Below, piece by piece: positions 12,513-25,959 of a DNA stretch of 64,000 bases. The position numbers were made by a program, and so were the translations under genes. The notes under the pieces were generated by a model. It was not told the DNA's origin. It was given only the letters and a program-made list of their open reading frames with translations, and did no database searches. Numbering within the stretch: the first letter of the stretch is position 1; every line of letters begins with the position of its first letter. Origin of the DNA: Isurus oxyrinchus. Its lineage: Eukaryota. The stretch spans positions 143,406,001 through 143,470,000 of the forward strand of contig JANJGN010000003.1 in NCBI GenBank assembly GCA_026770705.1, in the 5' to 3' direction.

Positions 12513-14908
12513 GGGCAGAACTTTATGGCTGTGTGGCAGCAGGGGTGGAGCTGGAAAATGCAGCGAGCCATTCAAAAGATGGGGCTGTAAAACCCTGCTG
12601 ACCTAAAATTCCACTCCTAGAGAGAATTTGGCGGAAGCAAGTGAAGGAAGAGTCTGAATTTGGGCTCCGCAGCACTAGTGGTAATAAAGACGCTTTGCAC
12701 CACTTTTGTGGGGTACCTGGTGTAGCCAGCCATTTCCAGTGTGTCTCATGCAGCATTCTGCGAGGAAAATTGCATATGCAGGAGTGTCCCCTGCATGTGC
12801 TGGAAGGCTTTGAATTAGCATTACCTGATGTTCCAAGGCTGATTTGACTCCAGGGTGTCAAATTTGGGCAATGTAGATCCAGCCAATGTCTTCGCAGATC
12901 ATAGCACAAACAGCAAGCATTTTGCGACCAGATAGGCCCTGCACTGGCATTATTTAAGGGGCCAGGTACCCAAAGTATAGGTAAGGTGATTTTTAAGTTC
13001 TGAGCTGAGTTTTGATGAAAGGTCATGACCTGAAACATTAACTCTGTTTCTCCCTCCAATGATGCTACCAAATGTGCAGACCATTTCCAGCATTTTCTGT
13101 TTTTAGTCCAGCATCTGCAGTATTTTGCTTTTTAATTTTTAAGAACTTCTTCAATTCCAAAGTGCTTGGAACCAGTCTGGAGTGTTTTTGGAGGTGTGGT
13201 GAGTTCGTGGATTTGCCGGAGAGTGCCTCCAGGGGATGCCAGTGGAATAAGAAACCCGTTTGCACAGAAGCTGCAGCAGGTAAGGGGGCAGCAGTTATAG
13301 TGCCTCTGGGTCTTCTGAACAACAGGAATATGGAGCAGAGTTTGCAGAAAGGACAAGCTCTGTACCATGCCATTGATATCTTGGAGGCGGATTCCTCCAT
13401 CTCCTTGTCAGTGACAGGACGCTGCCTGGTAAGCCAATCAATGTGTCCGACATCTCGCTGTGCATGGCCATCAGTACTCTCCTGTATGCTACCCCCATCA
13501 AGGTCCTCAACTAAGCACTCTGCAGGGGGACATGCCCTCCAGTGAGCTGGCAAATGAACCATCCTTCAGTCCTGGCCTGGCTGCAGCCCACTCCAGTCTG
13601 CATGAATCCCACATGCCGTGACTATGTGTCAGATCAAGTTATGGGGGCCTCTTCATCAATATTATGTTGTTACTCTCTCTCTTCCTCCTGGGGCTGCTGT
13701 GGCTGGGCAGGCAGCAGTTATTGGGTGTTTGAAAGCAGGAACTCAGAATGGGGAAGTTGGGTTGAAGGTAGTTGGGGTGGGGTGGAAAGTTCGAGGTCAT
13801 TGGCCACACCATCTGCAACTTGTTCAGAAAGCCAGATAGCAGGATGAGGTGAAATGTGAGTTGAGAAGGAACATAAGGCAGTAACATGCCATCATCCTTA
13901 ATGCTGTCAGTGATGCTAGGGGGACCCATTGCAATTGGTCCCATTATGCAGAGAACTAACTTCTGCAGGCTCAGGAGATGCTGGCGTCCTTGTTCCCTAT
14001 CAGTTTTGCTGTGCCCCCTTCTATTGAGGACCACCTGGTCCCGAAAAAGAGAAGGCAGAATGTCAGTAATTGTGTAGCATTGTATTTGGATGATGTTTCT
14101 GCCACAACTGAATAGCTGGAGCTATATGGAGGCAGCAAGAAGTGGGTGTGAGGTTGATAGCATTGGTAAGGGTGTGAGGGTGAGAATCTGGATGTTAGGC
14201 CTGAGTCCTGATTGTTAATGATTGCTGGTCTATAAGTGAAGGAAGTGTGGTGCATTGAGCAGTGTGAGAGGTTGGTGATCTGGTGGATAGCAGGTGTCAT
14301 GTGAAGCTGCATTCACTGACCTTGACCACATGCGCAAGGTCATTAGACTTCCTAAGACATTGCTGCCAGGTCCATTGATGCAGACTCTGGGGCTCCCTGG
14401 CTGTCTGCCCCCATTCTGTTCTGTGGGTGGCCCATGAAACCTCCTGACCAGCCCCCCCCCCCCCCCCCCCCCCCCCCGCTGCCCAGAACTATGACATCGC
14501 TCTATGATGCCTCTTTCACTTTTTACTGCTAGTGCTTCCAGCATCATCACAACTGTCACCGTGGAACCTTTTACCTACCCTGGTGTTCACTTTGGCATCA
14601 CTTAAATTGCAGCAATATTTCTCTGTGCAGGTTTCCCTTAAGAGGGGCAGCTGGCCTTTAAGAAGCACAGTCTAATTGCACCACATGGTTTCTGAACAAT
14701 GCTACTGGGTTCTCTGCTGAGCACAGAGGCAGTTGGCAATGTTAGGAAGAAGACAGCAGGCCAGGGCTCGCTCAGCCAAATGCTACAATCATGCAGAGCA
14801 GGTGGTGTGCCAAATCTGCATGCTGTCCACCTCGACCTGAATGGGCACCCTCAGGTTGTGACTTATGGCCTCTGTAACTAAAAATCTACAGAATTGAATT
14901 TCTAGCCA
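12513..14908 (-). mobile_element. PIF/Harbinger element with decayed spliced Myb/SANT gene
   Basis: TIR gggcagaacttt at 12513. Minus strand reads TWQQCLRKSNDLAHVVK followed by a splice-donor-like site (~14315-14375); second-exon-like QVVLNRRG...EEVSSL near 14040. Confidence 0.7.
12998..13134 (+). mobile_element. Mini Penelope pLTR insert with hammerhead-like core
   Basis: gagttttgatgaaaggtcatgacctgaaacattaactc plus the Penelope tail; flanked by the 9-bp direct repeat atttttaag. Confidence 0.75.
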
Positions 14909-14924
14909 GATATGTTTAGTAACC

Positions 14925-16225
14925 GGTCCTGTCCCAGTTTCTCTGCCTCCGTTGTATCTGTTCTGATGATGCCCCCTGCCACAACAGCACTTTCAATGTA
15001 TCTTGCTTTTTCCTCAACGGAGAATTCCCCAACCGCCTTCCCCCTAACCCACCCCTTCCCCCACCTTCCCCCACTGTGGTTGAAAGGGCCCTCAAAATTG
15101 CCTGACCCATTTTTCGCACTTCTGCCCTCAACCCTTCCCACCATTCCAGAATCATGATAGTGCTCTGCTTGCCCTCACTTACCACCCCATCAGGCTCTGC
15201 AGTCAAAGGATTATGATCCGTCATTTCTACCAACTTGAGCATGATGCCACCACCAAACACATCTTCTTCTCCCCTCCTCTGTCAGCATTTTGAAGCAACC
15301 ATTCCTTCCCCAACACTCTGGTCCACTCCTTCATCACCCCCAACACCTCTTCCCCTTCCCATTGCACCTTCCCATGCAATTGCAGGAGGTGTAACATCTG
15401 CCCCTTCAGCTCCTCCCGGCTCATTGTCCGAGGCCCCAAACACTTCCAGGTGAAACAGAAATTTACTTGTACTTCTTTCAACTTAGTCTATTGTATCCAC
15501 TTGTCACAATGCAATCTCCTCTACATTGGGGAGGCCAAATGCAGACTGGGTGGCCACTTTGCAGAACACTTCTGTTCAGTCCTCAAGCATGACCCCAACT
15601 TCTCAGTGGCTTGCCATTTCAATTCAGCATCCTGCTCTCAAGCTCACATTTATGTCCTCAGCCTGCTACAATGTTCCAGTGAAGCCCAACGCAAGCTTGA
15701 GGAATAACACCCCATCTTCAGGTTAGGCACTTTACAGCCTTCTGGACTCAACATTGAGTTCAACAACTTCAGATTATGAACTCTGTCCTTCATTTAGTAC
15801 TTACTTTTCCCCTAGTGCCAGTCGGTATCTTGTTCTCATGTTTTGCTTTCAGACACCACATACCTTTATTCTGCTATTAACACATTCTGCTATTTTGCTT
15901 TCATACAGTGCTGACCTTTATTCTGCTATTATTATTATTCTGACCTATTCTGGACCAATGCTTTGTTCCTTTACTACTACCATTCCCAATCCCTCTGTCT
16001 TTTGTTCCATGATATCTTTGTAATTTAATCTCCCCCACCCTCTAACCTATCCCTGACCTTCTCTTTTTGCTCCATTCTTTTTCAACAGCATAAAACCATC
16101 ACAATTATGCCTCTCTTCAGTTCTGACGGAGAGACATATTGGACTCAAAACACTAACCCTGTTTCTCTCTCCACACATGCTGCCAGACGTGCTGAGTTTT
16201 TCTAGAACTTTCTGTTTTTGGTTAT
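14925..16225 (+). mobile_element. Penelope-like element 3' part (RT thumb, GIY-YIG endonuclease, pLTR), decayed
   Basis: FTCTSFNLVYCIHLSQCNLLYIGEAKCRLGGHFAEH GIY-YIG signature (15450-15707); homologous to the copy at 25960-27282. Confidence 0.9.
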
Positions 16226-17093
16226 GTTTAGCAGCCTCTGTTTTAAACAGAGACCTCACCTCTCATCACGAACTATCATTTTGTGGAATGAGTATCTGCT
16301 GCAATGTACCAGCAGTAAATGTTGTGAAATAAACCTCTTGTTGTCAGTCTTGGTAAAATATCTATCTGCAATCACATAAAATAACATCTGCAAATATTCA
16401 TGCATATTTTCCACAAATATGCAGTTACAGTCAACACAGTTGCCATGGTAAATCTATTACAGTACATTATGGTCTTACAGACATCCTTACATAGTTATGG
16501 AGTATTTAGAACACAAATACAGGCCATTTGGATCAGCGAGTCAATGCTGGTGCTTATGTTCCACCCACCTCCTCCCATTCTTCTTCATTTGACTCTATTA
16601 ACATATTAATATAAATGGAGTGCCTACCTATTTTTCTAACAGAGAGTGCGAAGAGACAAGAAGGAGAAGGCGAATGAGAACACAAGAGATGCCAACACGA
16701 AAATGCATGATAGCTGCACAGGGTTAGGAGCTAATGAAAGAAAGAATGAGTGGGAGGGAAAGAGAAAGGGAGGAGGAAAATAAAAGGATTAAAGAATGAA
16801 AGACTAAGTCAAACAGAGTGAGATACAGAAGGAAAGTTTTCAAATTTTTTGCATGAACAATGCCACAGGAGATCATGTGGCATTTGTAAAAGACAAGTAT
16901 TCATTGCATTACATTCCACATTCTTATTTGGTTTATTTTATTTCTCAGCTATATTGGTAATCAGTTGTTCTGACCTACCTTTCAGTAACCTTGCATTAGT
17001 GAGATACCGCAGATGAAATTTATGTTTGTCTCGGCTGTCAGTCTAGGCTGTCAGTGCATAAGGAAAAAGACCCTTTTCAGTATTTGGTACATG

Positions 17094-17743
17094 GGGCAGG
17101 ATTTTTACCTCATCGGGCGGGCGGGCCGGTGAGTGGCCATGAAACCGACTGCCGCCCGCGATCAGGCCTCAACAGCAATTTCACGCCAATTAACGGCCAG
17201 CCAGTGTGAAATGCGTGCTGGGAACCTCAGCGCTGCCAGGGTGGGGGCGGGAGGAGTGCGAGCACTGAAGTGTGTGCATGGGCGAGGGTGCGTGCAGTGA
17301 AAGCTCCCCGAAGTCACAGAGCTGCCTCAGGGAGCTGAATATTTTTAACATTAAAAAAAAATTCTCTCATGTGACCCTGTCACATGAGTAGGGACATGTT
17401 AAAAATGAGTTCTAAAAGATTTTATCTTTTTTAATCACTAGTTGAAACCTCATCTCACCCACGGATGAGATTTCACAAAAAATGCAAAGGCCACTTGGCC
17501 TCCTTGTCTGCCTATCAGCCGAACAGTTGGATGGACAGCAGAAAATTCAATTTAATCATTTAATTAATAAGCCTCCTAATTGTCGGCGGGTGCGTTGCTG
17601 CCTCTGGCATGCACCTGCCAAGGGAAGTATCGCGCGAGTATACGATGATGTCGGGCCACTTGCCTGACGTCATCACGCACTATTTTACACTGGTTCAGGT
17701 CTGGCCTCACGCCCGCCCACCCTACAAGGGAAATATTCTGCCA
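17094..17743. mobile_element. Harbinger-type MITE
   Basis: Ends gggcaggatttt / aaatattctgcc; interior motifs (gagctgcctcagggag, tgtcacatgagtagggacatgtt) are shared with 17797-18490 and 39550-39878. Confidence 0.75.
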
Positions 17744-17796
17744 TAGTGTCTGTGTATCAAACACGTGCAGCTCAAGTTTAGTGTGGGTAAAATATA

Positions 17797-18490
17797 GGGC
17801 AGTATTTTTTGCTGAATGTGCAGGCATGCGCCCGATCTGCTCAAGTGAAAAATAATGCACAATGACATTGGGCGAGCATCCCGACATCATTGTGCTCTCG
17901 CGTGACATGTCAGTCGGCAGGCTAGAGTGGGAACTGGCAGTGCACCTGCCAACAATTAAAAGGCCTATTGAGGCCATTAACAATGTAATTGTTTTAAACT
18001 TTTCACTGCATGTCCAACCTTACAGTTGGCGGGCTGGTGAAAAGGCCAAGCGGCCTTTGCATGACTTGCGAAACTTCATCCACAGGTGGGATGAGGTTTT
18101 GATCCGTCATTTAAAAAAATGTAAACATTTCATCCTAATTTCTAACATGTCCCTGCTCATGTGACAGAGGGGACATGTGTCTTACCATTTCAAAAGTCTT
18201 TATTTTTAATTGTCAAAGATCTTCATCTCCCTGAGGAACCTCTGTGCCTCAAGGAGCTTTTCCAGTGTGCACTCTGGAAAAGCACCCACGTGCACGTGCA
18301 AACCTTGCTCTTGCCCTCCTCCCCCACACAGGGAGCGCTGAGCACTGCCATGCACGTTTCACTTTGGGCAGGCCTTGATTGGTCCACCAGCATGAAATCG
18401 TGCTACGGCCCAGATTGTGGGCGGCTGTTGGCTTCTCGACCGCTCCCACCCTCCCCAGCTGAGCCCGTTGGTGAGGGGAAAATCCTGGCC
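17797..18490. mobile_element. Harbinger-type MITE, same family and opposite orientation to 17094-17743
   Basis: Ends gggcagtatttt / aaaatcctggcc; contains aacatgtccctgctcatgtgacag, the reverse complement of the neighbour's motif. Confidence 0.75.
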
Positions 18491-18850
18491 ATAGAATAGA
18501 TAAGCTTCCAATTTAGCAACAGTTTCTACACTAGCCAACCTCACATGTTCTGTAATATTTAGTCCTGATTAATGCTGAATTATGGGCTGCTTTGTGTTGA
18601 AAACTGAATTCCTAGGGACTGAATTGAGACCATCCAAAGAAATTTCAATTACCATTGCCGGAGAGAAATAGGAGATTTTCAACATAGCAACATAAGAACA
18701 ATTCATCCCATTAGTTGAGGTCAGAATCAATCTCAGGTTCCAAAGGTAGAAGTAATTGGGCAACTTTTCAGCCCACTGCACCATCTATTTTACTGCATCA
18801 TCGTACCTTTAATAAATGTTCACAGAAATGGAAGTGTCAACACAAATATT

Positions 18851-19393
18851 GGAGCAGAATTTACTGTAAAAATAATGGGTTGGCTAATGGCACTCACTGT
18901 TATTGATGCGCAATGTTAGGCAAGCACAACTGCGCAGCTGAACACAAAAAAGCAGAAGTTGCTATCTGAAATGCTCCACTCTTATATGTAAAGCAAAAAT
19001 GGCATCTCACCATCTCACTCAATGTTCAGATGTATAAAGCCATGTAAAGTTCCTTTATTTATTATCAATATGGACTAAATTTACCATAGAAAGAATGTGT
19101 CCCTTTCAGAGTAAATTCATTTTTAATGATGTTATAAGTCTTAATTACTCACAACAATCTATGCCACTGAAAATTAAATTTGTATAAATGTGGAGTCTCA
19201 TTCCTTCAGATTTTAATTGGTTTTGGAAATGTCATTTTTTTCTATCTATTCTTTCTCTCTCTTTTCTCTCTCGCTCTTCATCTAATCTCACTTTTCCTTC
19301 CTTTATTTCACCTTCTGCTGCTGATTTAACATTGAATCAAATGTTTTTTACACTTACACTGGTTCAAACACTGACCTCAATTTTCCAGCCCCA
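18851..19393. mobile_element. Probable old MITE
   Basis: TIR-like ggagcagaattt ... aattttccagccc with an AT-rich interior. Confidence 0.4.
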
Positions 19394-19399
19394 TTAGTG

Positions 19400-20801
19400 T
19401 TGGGCATCATACCAGGCGACAGGGGGACAATATAGTGAGAAGGCTAAAAATTGGTTTCACGCCATCATGAAACCAGTTTGCAATCATCCACTCCACCCGT
19501 CAATGGTGGGCCAGGTTTCCGCACATCAGGAACCAACATCTCATCGTAAGCGCTTCTCTCCGAATCATCCCCAGGCTGGATCATCTGGACGTGACTGAAG
19601 GCCAACGTGTTTCACAACTGTACATACACGATGTGCACCTGGTGAGCTGCACTTCACTCAGGACTTTGAGGTTTGTTTGCCTATCTTGTTTCAGGTAGCA
19701 CTCGCAGTCAGCGCCAGGCTTCACAGACAGCATCACATTACTTTAAGGGGGCTTACGGGCAGGTCTCTACCTACCAGGCCATCCATAAGGTGGGTGTGGC
19801 TTTTCAATGATAGCATTGCTAGGACTTGCTTGGCGAAGGGGGGCGAAGTGGCCCCAGGAAAGGGAAGAGGCTGGAGGACAAGAGCTGTATTGGGGAAGGT
19901 GGGTCTCCCAGAGTGTGTGTGAGGGTACATGCTGATCTATGCAGTGGCCTCAAGGTAGTGAGGGCTAAGGAGGCAGTCTCCAGAGGAGATGAGGCCAGAT
20001 GGAGATGTGAGGGTATGTGTGAAAGAGTAAATGGTAATGCCCCTTGAGCTGGCAGTGAGTAGATGCCATTGAATATGTGATGGCCTTGTGAGTGTGTGAG
20101 TTTAGAGTGATGAGATGGTTGCATTACCCTGGCGGCACTAATGAGATCATTCATCCATTTTCTGCACTGGATGGCTGACCTCTTGTTTGCAGCATTGACA
20201 CTGACCACCTCTGCCACTGCCTCCCAAGCCGAAGTGGTGAAACTGATGGGCCTCCTGCGCTCAGAGTAAAGGACATCATGGTAGGCTTCCACAGCTTCCA
20301 GAAGTGCGCTCTTCTTGGCTTTTGGGGCAGTCCTGGGCTGCAAGCATTGATAAGTGCTGAACAAAAACAAAAATACCTGGAAAAACTCAGCAGGTCCGGC
20401 AGCATCTGCGGAGAGGAACACAACCAACATTTCAAGTCCGAATGATCCTTCCACAGAATTGTTCCTCTCCGCAGATGCTCCCGGACCTGCTGAGTTTTTC
20501 CAGGTGTTTTTGTTTTTGTTTTGGATTTCCAGCATCCGCAGTTTTTTGTTTTTATCTTATTGATAAGTGCTGCGCTGCTGCAGTTTAAATATGGCGTCCT
20601 GCATTACGAAGCAGTGAGGTAACGGTGTGGTGGGCAAATCGGAGGCTGTCCGCCAACAATTCGGAGTGTTCCATGTGGCTGCATAATTAATGAGGTGGAA
20701 ATAGGATGATCTGGCGTGAAAAGCTGCTATTGCAGCCGGTGGGTAAAACATCACTTTTCCTACTGCTACCGCATTTAGTGCAAATCTGGGATGATTCCAA
20801 C
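19400..20801 (-). mobile_element. Internally deleted Harbinger with Myb/SANT exon
   Basis: LLEAVEAYHDVLY...AWEAVAEVVSVNAANKRSAIQCRKWMNDLISAAR|gtaatg; right end gcaaatctgggatgattccaacc resembles the TIRs at 39549 and 50873. Confidence 0.8.
20360..20558. mobile_element. Mini Penelope insert with inverted pLTR arms
   Basis: ~60-bp inverted arms (aaaaatacctggaaaaactcagcagg...ggagaggaaca / tgttcctctccgcag...ccaggtgttttt) around a hammerhead-like core; 14-bp TSD attgataagtgctg. Confidence 0.85.
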
Positions 20802-21889
20802 CTCTGTATTGTTTATTAGCGATACTTTAATTGGATTAGCTAAGGAGATATGCATTTGTCTCCCTGTTCACATTGTTCTCAGATGTCCTGTAGAGGGCAC
20901 CATGCTGATTCCATCTCCCACTTAGAATAACTTAACATACAAAAGCTTATGGAAATTAAATGTGCAAAGGCAAGTCTCCCAGTTGGCAAGGTTATGTTCA
21001 CACGCACCTGAGGCAACAATATGAATCAATTACCATTTACTCAAATTTCCAGCATTTCGAGTATCTTTCTTTTTAATAAAGTGACACCTTTTACTTTAAA
21101 ACTTTGTCAAATAATCTCATGTTCAAGAGTTTTTTTTGGCTAATTACAAGGTGCATTTTTAACTAAGGCTTAACATGATACTAAGACTGGAACTTAACAT
21201 TTAAACTCTAATTAGAACTTCTGTTATTTATCTTGAGAAATGTTAATGCTTGAGCAATCCATCCTCGTGCTTTGAGCAAGTAAAAATGTTATAAATTCCA
21301 GTGCTGCGCCTGGTGAGAATTATTGGTTAATTGTTGCAAGGTGGGGTGTCAATGAAAGACATAGCATTTGAAAGCTGGCAGTAGGCACAGCTTAGAACTG
21401 CACAGATCTCTGGTCATCAGTGCCCCCTGTAAATTGGTTGATTTAAAATGTTATTGTTGTGGCTTGTGGGTGGTAATGAAACTGGCCTGGAACACACTTG
21501 TAGATCATCTGTTGACAAAGGGTGCTTCGTGCCAGTAATTTGCCAGAATGCAATGTGTTAGGTGCTCGGGGGGGGTGATAGAAGGGTCAAATCTGGCAGG
21601 TAAGGTCATCACATGGTGGATGTAATTTTCGCCTTACATTTCCCCACTTCAAGTTTCAGGTAATCTATTCCAGCCTGATAAGCTTTAAGACTGTACATCA
21701 CTGTATGATTGTTGTCTCAACGCAGCACCAGCACTATGTTGTCCTTTCTTTCCTGGGCCAAAGTCCATTTCTCCAGTGGCTTTTGGTGTAATCTTCAACT
21801 GCCTGTCACTTTTTACTGAACCTATATCTCTGCTGTGCTGTGTCAATTCCAGTAACTTAGACTGCTAATGTAGGCTAAATTTCTTGCTC

Positions 21890-22036
21890 AAACAAAAACA
21901 GAAATTGCTGGAAAAACTCAGCATTGTTCTAAAGACGAGTCATACGGACTTGAAACGTTAACTCTGTTTCTCTCTCCACAGATGCTACTAGACCTGCAGA
22001 GTTTTTCCAGCATTTTCTGTTTCTGCTTCAGATTCC
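21890..22036 (+). mobile_element. Mini Penelope pLTR insert with short inverted 5' arm
   Basis: ctaaagacgagtcatacggacttgaaacgttaactc core plus tail; the 5' gctggaaaaactc is inverted relative to the 3' gagtttttccagc. Confidence 0.75.
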
Positions 22037-24220
22037 CCTACTCTGCTGGGTATTTTTCATTCTGCACTGGCTGTCACAGTCTCCAGGCTTTTTCAGGTCA
22101 AGTGATAACTCACTAAATGTGTTGGAAATGGGTAGAGAAATTCCCCCCCTCTTATTTTCCATCTCAACCATATGCAGGAGCCAAACTCCACTATTTTCAC
22201 ATGAGATCAGTTCTCCCTAATCATAGTTCATTTGAAGACAGTCCTGAGATCTGGGTCCCCAGAGTGGTCATTACTTTGCCTTCTATGAAGAAATGGCTCT
22301 CTCTTCCACTCCATGACCACATTCTCAATTTACCTAAATGCTTCACCTAATAACAGCCCTACTGACTGATTATCTACTTCCTTCTGAGTTGATGCTGCTA
22401 TGCTGGAGATGTGCAGGTATGCTGTCGTGCTATATTTGATGAGGAAGTAGAAGCAGTTGATGCTGAAATTCCAATAAATAAATCCCCAGTTGCCATTCTT
22501 GCATGACCCTTGTCAAGGTCTGCCTCTTCCTGCAAAGCACGCCGATGTTGTGGAACAGAAAACTGTTGCGGAAGATTAAGCTAGCTAGTCAGAGAGATGG
22601 GAAGCTGAGCATAGATCCAGAAGGGAGAAAAGCAAAGCTGAGACTGGAAGGCAGATAGCTTTCGTAGCTAGCCAAAGAACAGTTTGCAAAATAGACAAAA
22701 AAGGAGTTTGATTGTTCTAAATGATATAAACTTTACTGCAATGAGTATAATGAATAATGCAGATGAACTGAGGGTGTAAGTTTACAGATAGAAGTATGTT
22801 TCTTCAGCCATAACTGAAAATAGCTTATAGAGCAGCAGGAATGACAACTTAATATTCCCAGTTAAAAAGGTTTTCAGATGAGATAGATAAGAATAAAAAT
22901 GGAGGCGGGCCTGGCAATATTGATTAAAACACAACTACAGCCATGAGAATGAATGACGTTTTAGAGGGATAATGAGGCTATATGAGTTGAACTAAGGAAC
23001 AAATGAAGAAGACACTCAGTAGAGCTCATATCTTCACCAAAACATGTTAACTCAACATTATTACAATTATTCAGCACTTCCTTGAGGCTTTCCCCTGTTT
23101 TCTTGATGCTCTGTAACTACAGAGCTGAAAAAATAAATCTCTTTATTAAGAGCTACCATCTCACCAAGGAGGCTTCAGGCCAATTCACATCCAACAATCT
23201 GCTCTGAAAACTCTGCTCACATTTTTGACAGCTGTGACATATTCTAACACAGCTGATGAGAAAACCAACAAGATTCTGAATAAAACATCTCACCACATTC
23301 TTAGAAAAAAGTCAGGTTTCCCTATCTCCCAATGTTAACAAATCCTTTAAAAAAATTCAGCATCCAGATCCACATCTGAAGCAAAAACGAATCAATTCTT
23401 CCTTGGGACATACCCTGTTTGTATAAAAGATTTCATTGAATACGTTCATTAGTGTCTGACATATATTGCCAATAGACAGACTAACAGGGGCAAAATCATT
23501 ACCTCCATCCACATTTAGTGGCGATGGTAAAAAGGGGCCATCACACTGCTGGGGGTGTGCCATAGACCTCCAAACAGTCTGAGGGAGAGAAGAGCAAATT
23601 TGTAGGGAAATTTCTGATAAATGCAAAAATAAGGCAGTAATAGCGGGGAATTTCAATTACCCTAATATTAACTGGGATACAGTCAGTATAAGAGGTACAT
23701 AGAGAATATAATTCCTAAATTGCATTCAGGTGAACTTGTATCTGTGGCAAGCACAAAAAGGTGGGGGTGGTACACAGGGTGTTACAGAGAGGGAGCAATT
23801 CTGGATTTAGTTTTAGGAAATGAAGTTGAGCAGGTGAAAGGAGTATCAGTGGGACAGTGGGAGAGCACTTTTGTGGTATTGATCACAATTCAGTTAGATT
23901 TAGCATCATTATCGGAAAAGGACAAAGATAAAATAGGAGTTGAGGTTCTAACCTGGGGAAGGTTAATTTTATAAGATGGAGAAGCAATTTAGTAAAAGTG
24001 GACTAGAAACAGCTACTTGACGGTATATCAATGTCAGAGCAATAGGAGACATTCAAGAAGGAGAATGAAGGGGTTCAGTATAAACATGTTCTCACAAAGA
24101 AAAAGGGTGGGACTGCCAAATCTACAGTTCCTGGATGACAAGATGCATAAAGAGTAAGGTGAGACAAAAAAGGGACACTGAGAGCTTATTATTTCAGAAA
24201 GCCTAGAATAATACAGAAAA

Positions 24221-25333
24221 GTTCATGGTGTAGGGGGTAACATATTGGCGTGGATAGAAGATTGGCAAGCTAACAGGAAACAGAGAGTAGGCAAAAATGG
24301 GTCTTTTTCTGATTGGTGAGACGTGATGAGTCTTGAGCCACAGGGATCAATGCTGGAGTCTCAACTTTTTACAATTTATATAAATGACTTGGATAAAGGG
24401 ACAGAAGGAATGGTTGCTAAATTTGCTGATGGCACAAAGATAGGCAGGAAAGCAAATTGTGAAGAGGACATAAGGAGGTTACAAAGTGACATAGATAGGT
24501 TAAATGAATGGGCAAAGACCTGGCAACTGGAGTATAATGTAGGCAAATGTGAAATTGTTCATTTTGGCAAGAAGAATAAAAAAGAAGTTCATTATCTAAA
24601 TGGTGAGAGATTGCAGAGCTCTGAGATTCAGGATGATCAGGGTGTCTTAGTGCATGAATCACAAAAGGTAGTATGTAGGTACAACAAGTTATTAGGAAAG
24701 CTGATAGAACATTATCATTTACTGTGAGAGGAATCAATTACAAAAGTAGGGAGGCTATGCTTCAGTTGCAGAAGGCGTTAGTGAGACCGCATCTGGTCTC
24801 CTTATTTACAGAAAGATGTAAATGTGTTGGAAATAATTCAGAAAAGGTTTACTTAACTAATATCAGGAATAGATGAGTTGTCTTATAAGTAAAGGCTGAG
24901 CAGATTAGGCTTGTTATCCACTGGAATTTAGAAGAGTATTGGTGACTTGATTGAAACCTTTAAGATCTTGTGGGGTCTTGAGAGTGGATGTGGAGAGGAT
25001 GCTTCCTCTTGTGGGAGAATCTTGAATTATGAGTTACTGTTTAAAAATAAGGGGTCGCTCATTTAAGACAGAGATGAGGAGAAAATGTTTCTCTCAGAGG
25101 GGAGTGAGTCTTTCAAACTCACTTCTTCAAAAGGCAGTGCAAGAAGAGTCTTTGAATATTTTTAAGGCAGACCTAGATAGATTCTTGATTAACAAGGAGG
25201 TGAAAGGTTACCGAGGGTAGGCAAGAATGTGGGGTTGAAGTTACAATCAGATCAGCCATGATCTTATTGAATGGTGGAGCAGGCTCAAGGGGCTGAGTGG
25301 CCAACTCCTGCTCTTAATTCATATGTTTCTATG
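24221..25333 (+). mobile_element. Nested CR1 3' fragment (RT C-terminus and tail)
   Basis: PQGSMLESQLFTIYINDLD...KFADGTKIG; ends in the CR1 tail ...ctcctgctcttaattcatatgtttctatg; the host CR1 resumes afterwards. Confidence 0.85.
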
Positions 25334-25959
25334 AAGTGTAGCGGTGAAATTAAAAGGAAAATTAGGAAACCAAAGAGAGAGTATAAAAAATGCTACCAAG
25401 TAAAATCAAGGAAAATCCAAAGATGTTTTATAAATACATCAAGAACAAGACAAAAAATAAGGAAAGAGTAGAGCCTATTAGGGACCAAAAAGATAAATGG
25501 TGTATGGAGGTGGAAGATGTGGGTAAAGTTCTTAATGCATCCTTTGCGGCTGTTCCACAAAAGAGGATGCCGATGATGACATCATAGTGATGGAGGAAGT
25601 GTGCGAAACATTGTATGTGAAAAATATTGTAAGAGAGGAAATATTAAAGGATTTGACTACTTTGAAAGTAGATAAATTGCCAGGCCCGGATGCAACATAA
25701 CCCAAGTTGTTAAAATGAGCAAGGGACAACATTGTGGTGGCACTGACCATCATATTTCAATCTTCTCCGGCTATAGGAGTGGTGTCAGAGGATTGCTAAC
25801 TTAGCAGAATTGTTTTAACAGGGAGGAAGGAGTAATCCAAGTAACTAGAGGATAGTTAGCTTAACCTCAGTTGTGGGAAAATTATTGGCAATAATTCTGA
25901 AGGACAGCACAAACCTTCATTTAGAAAGGCATAGGTTAATCAAGATAATTCAACATGAA

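Noticed and set aside
22380-22580. Coding-looking unique stretch
   Set aside because: All minus-strand frames close quickly, with no consistent splice pair or known motif.
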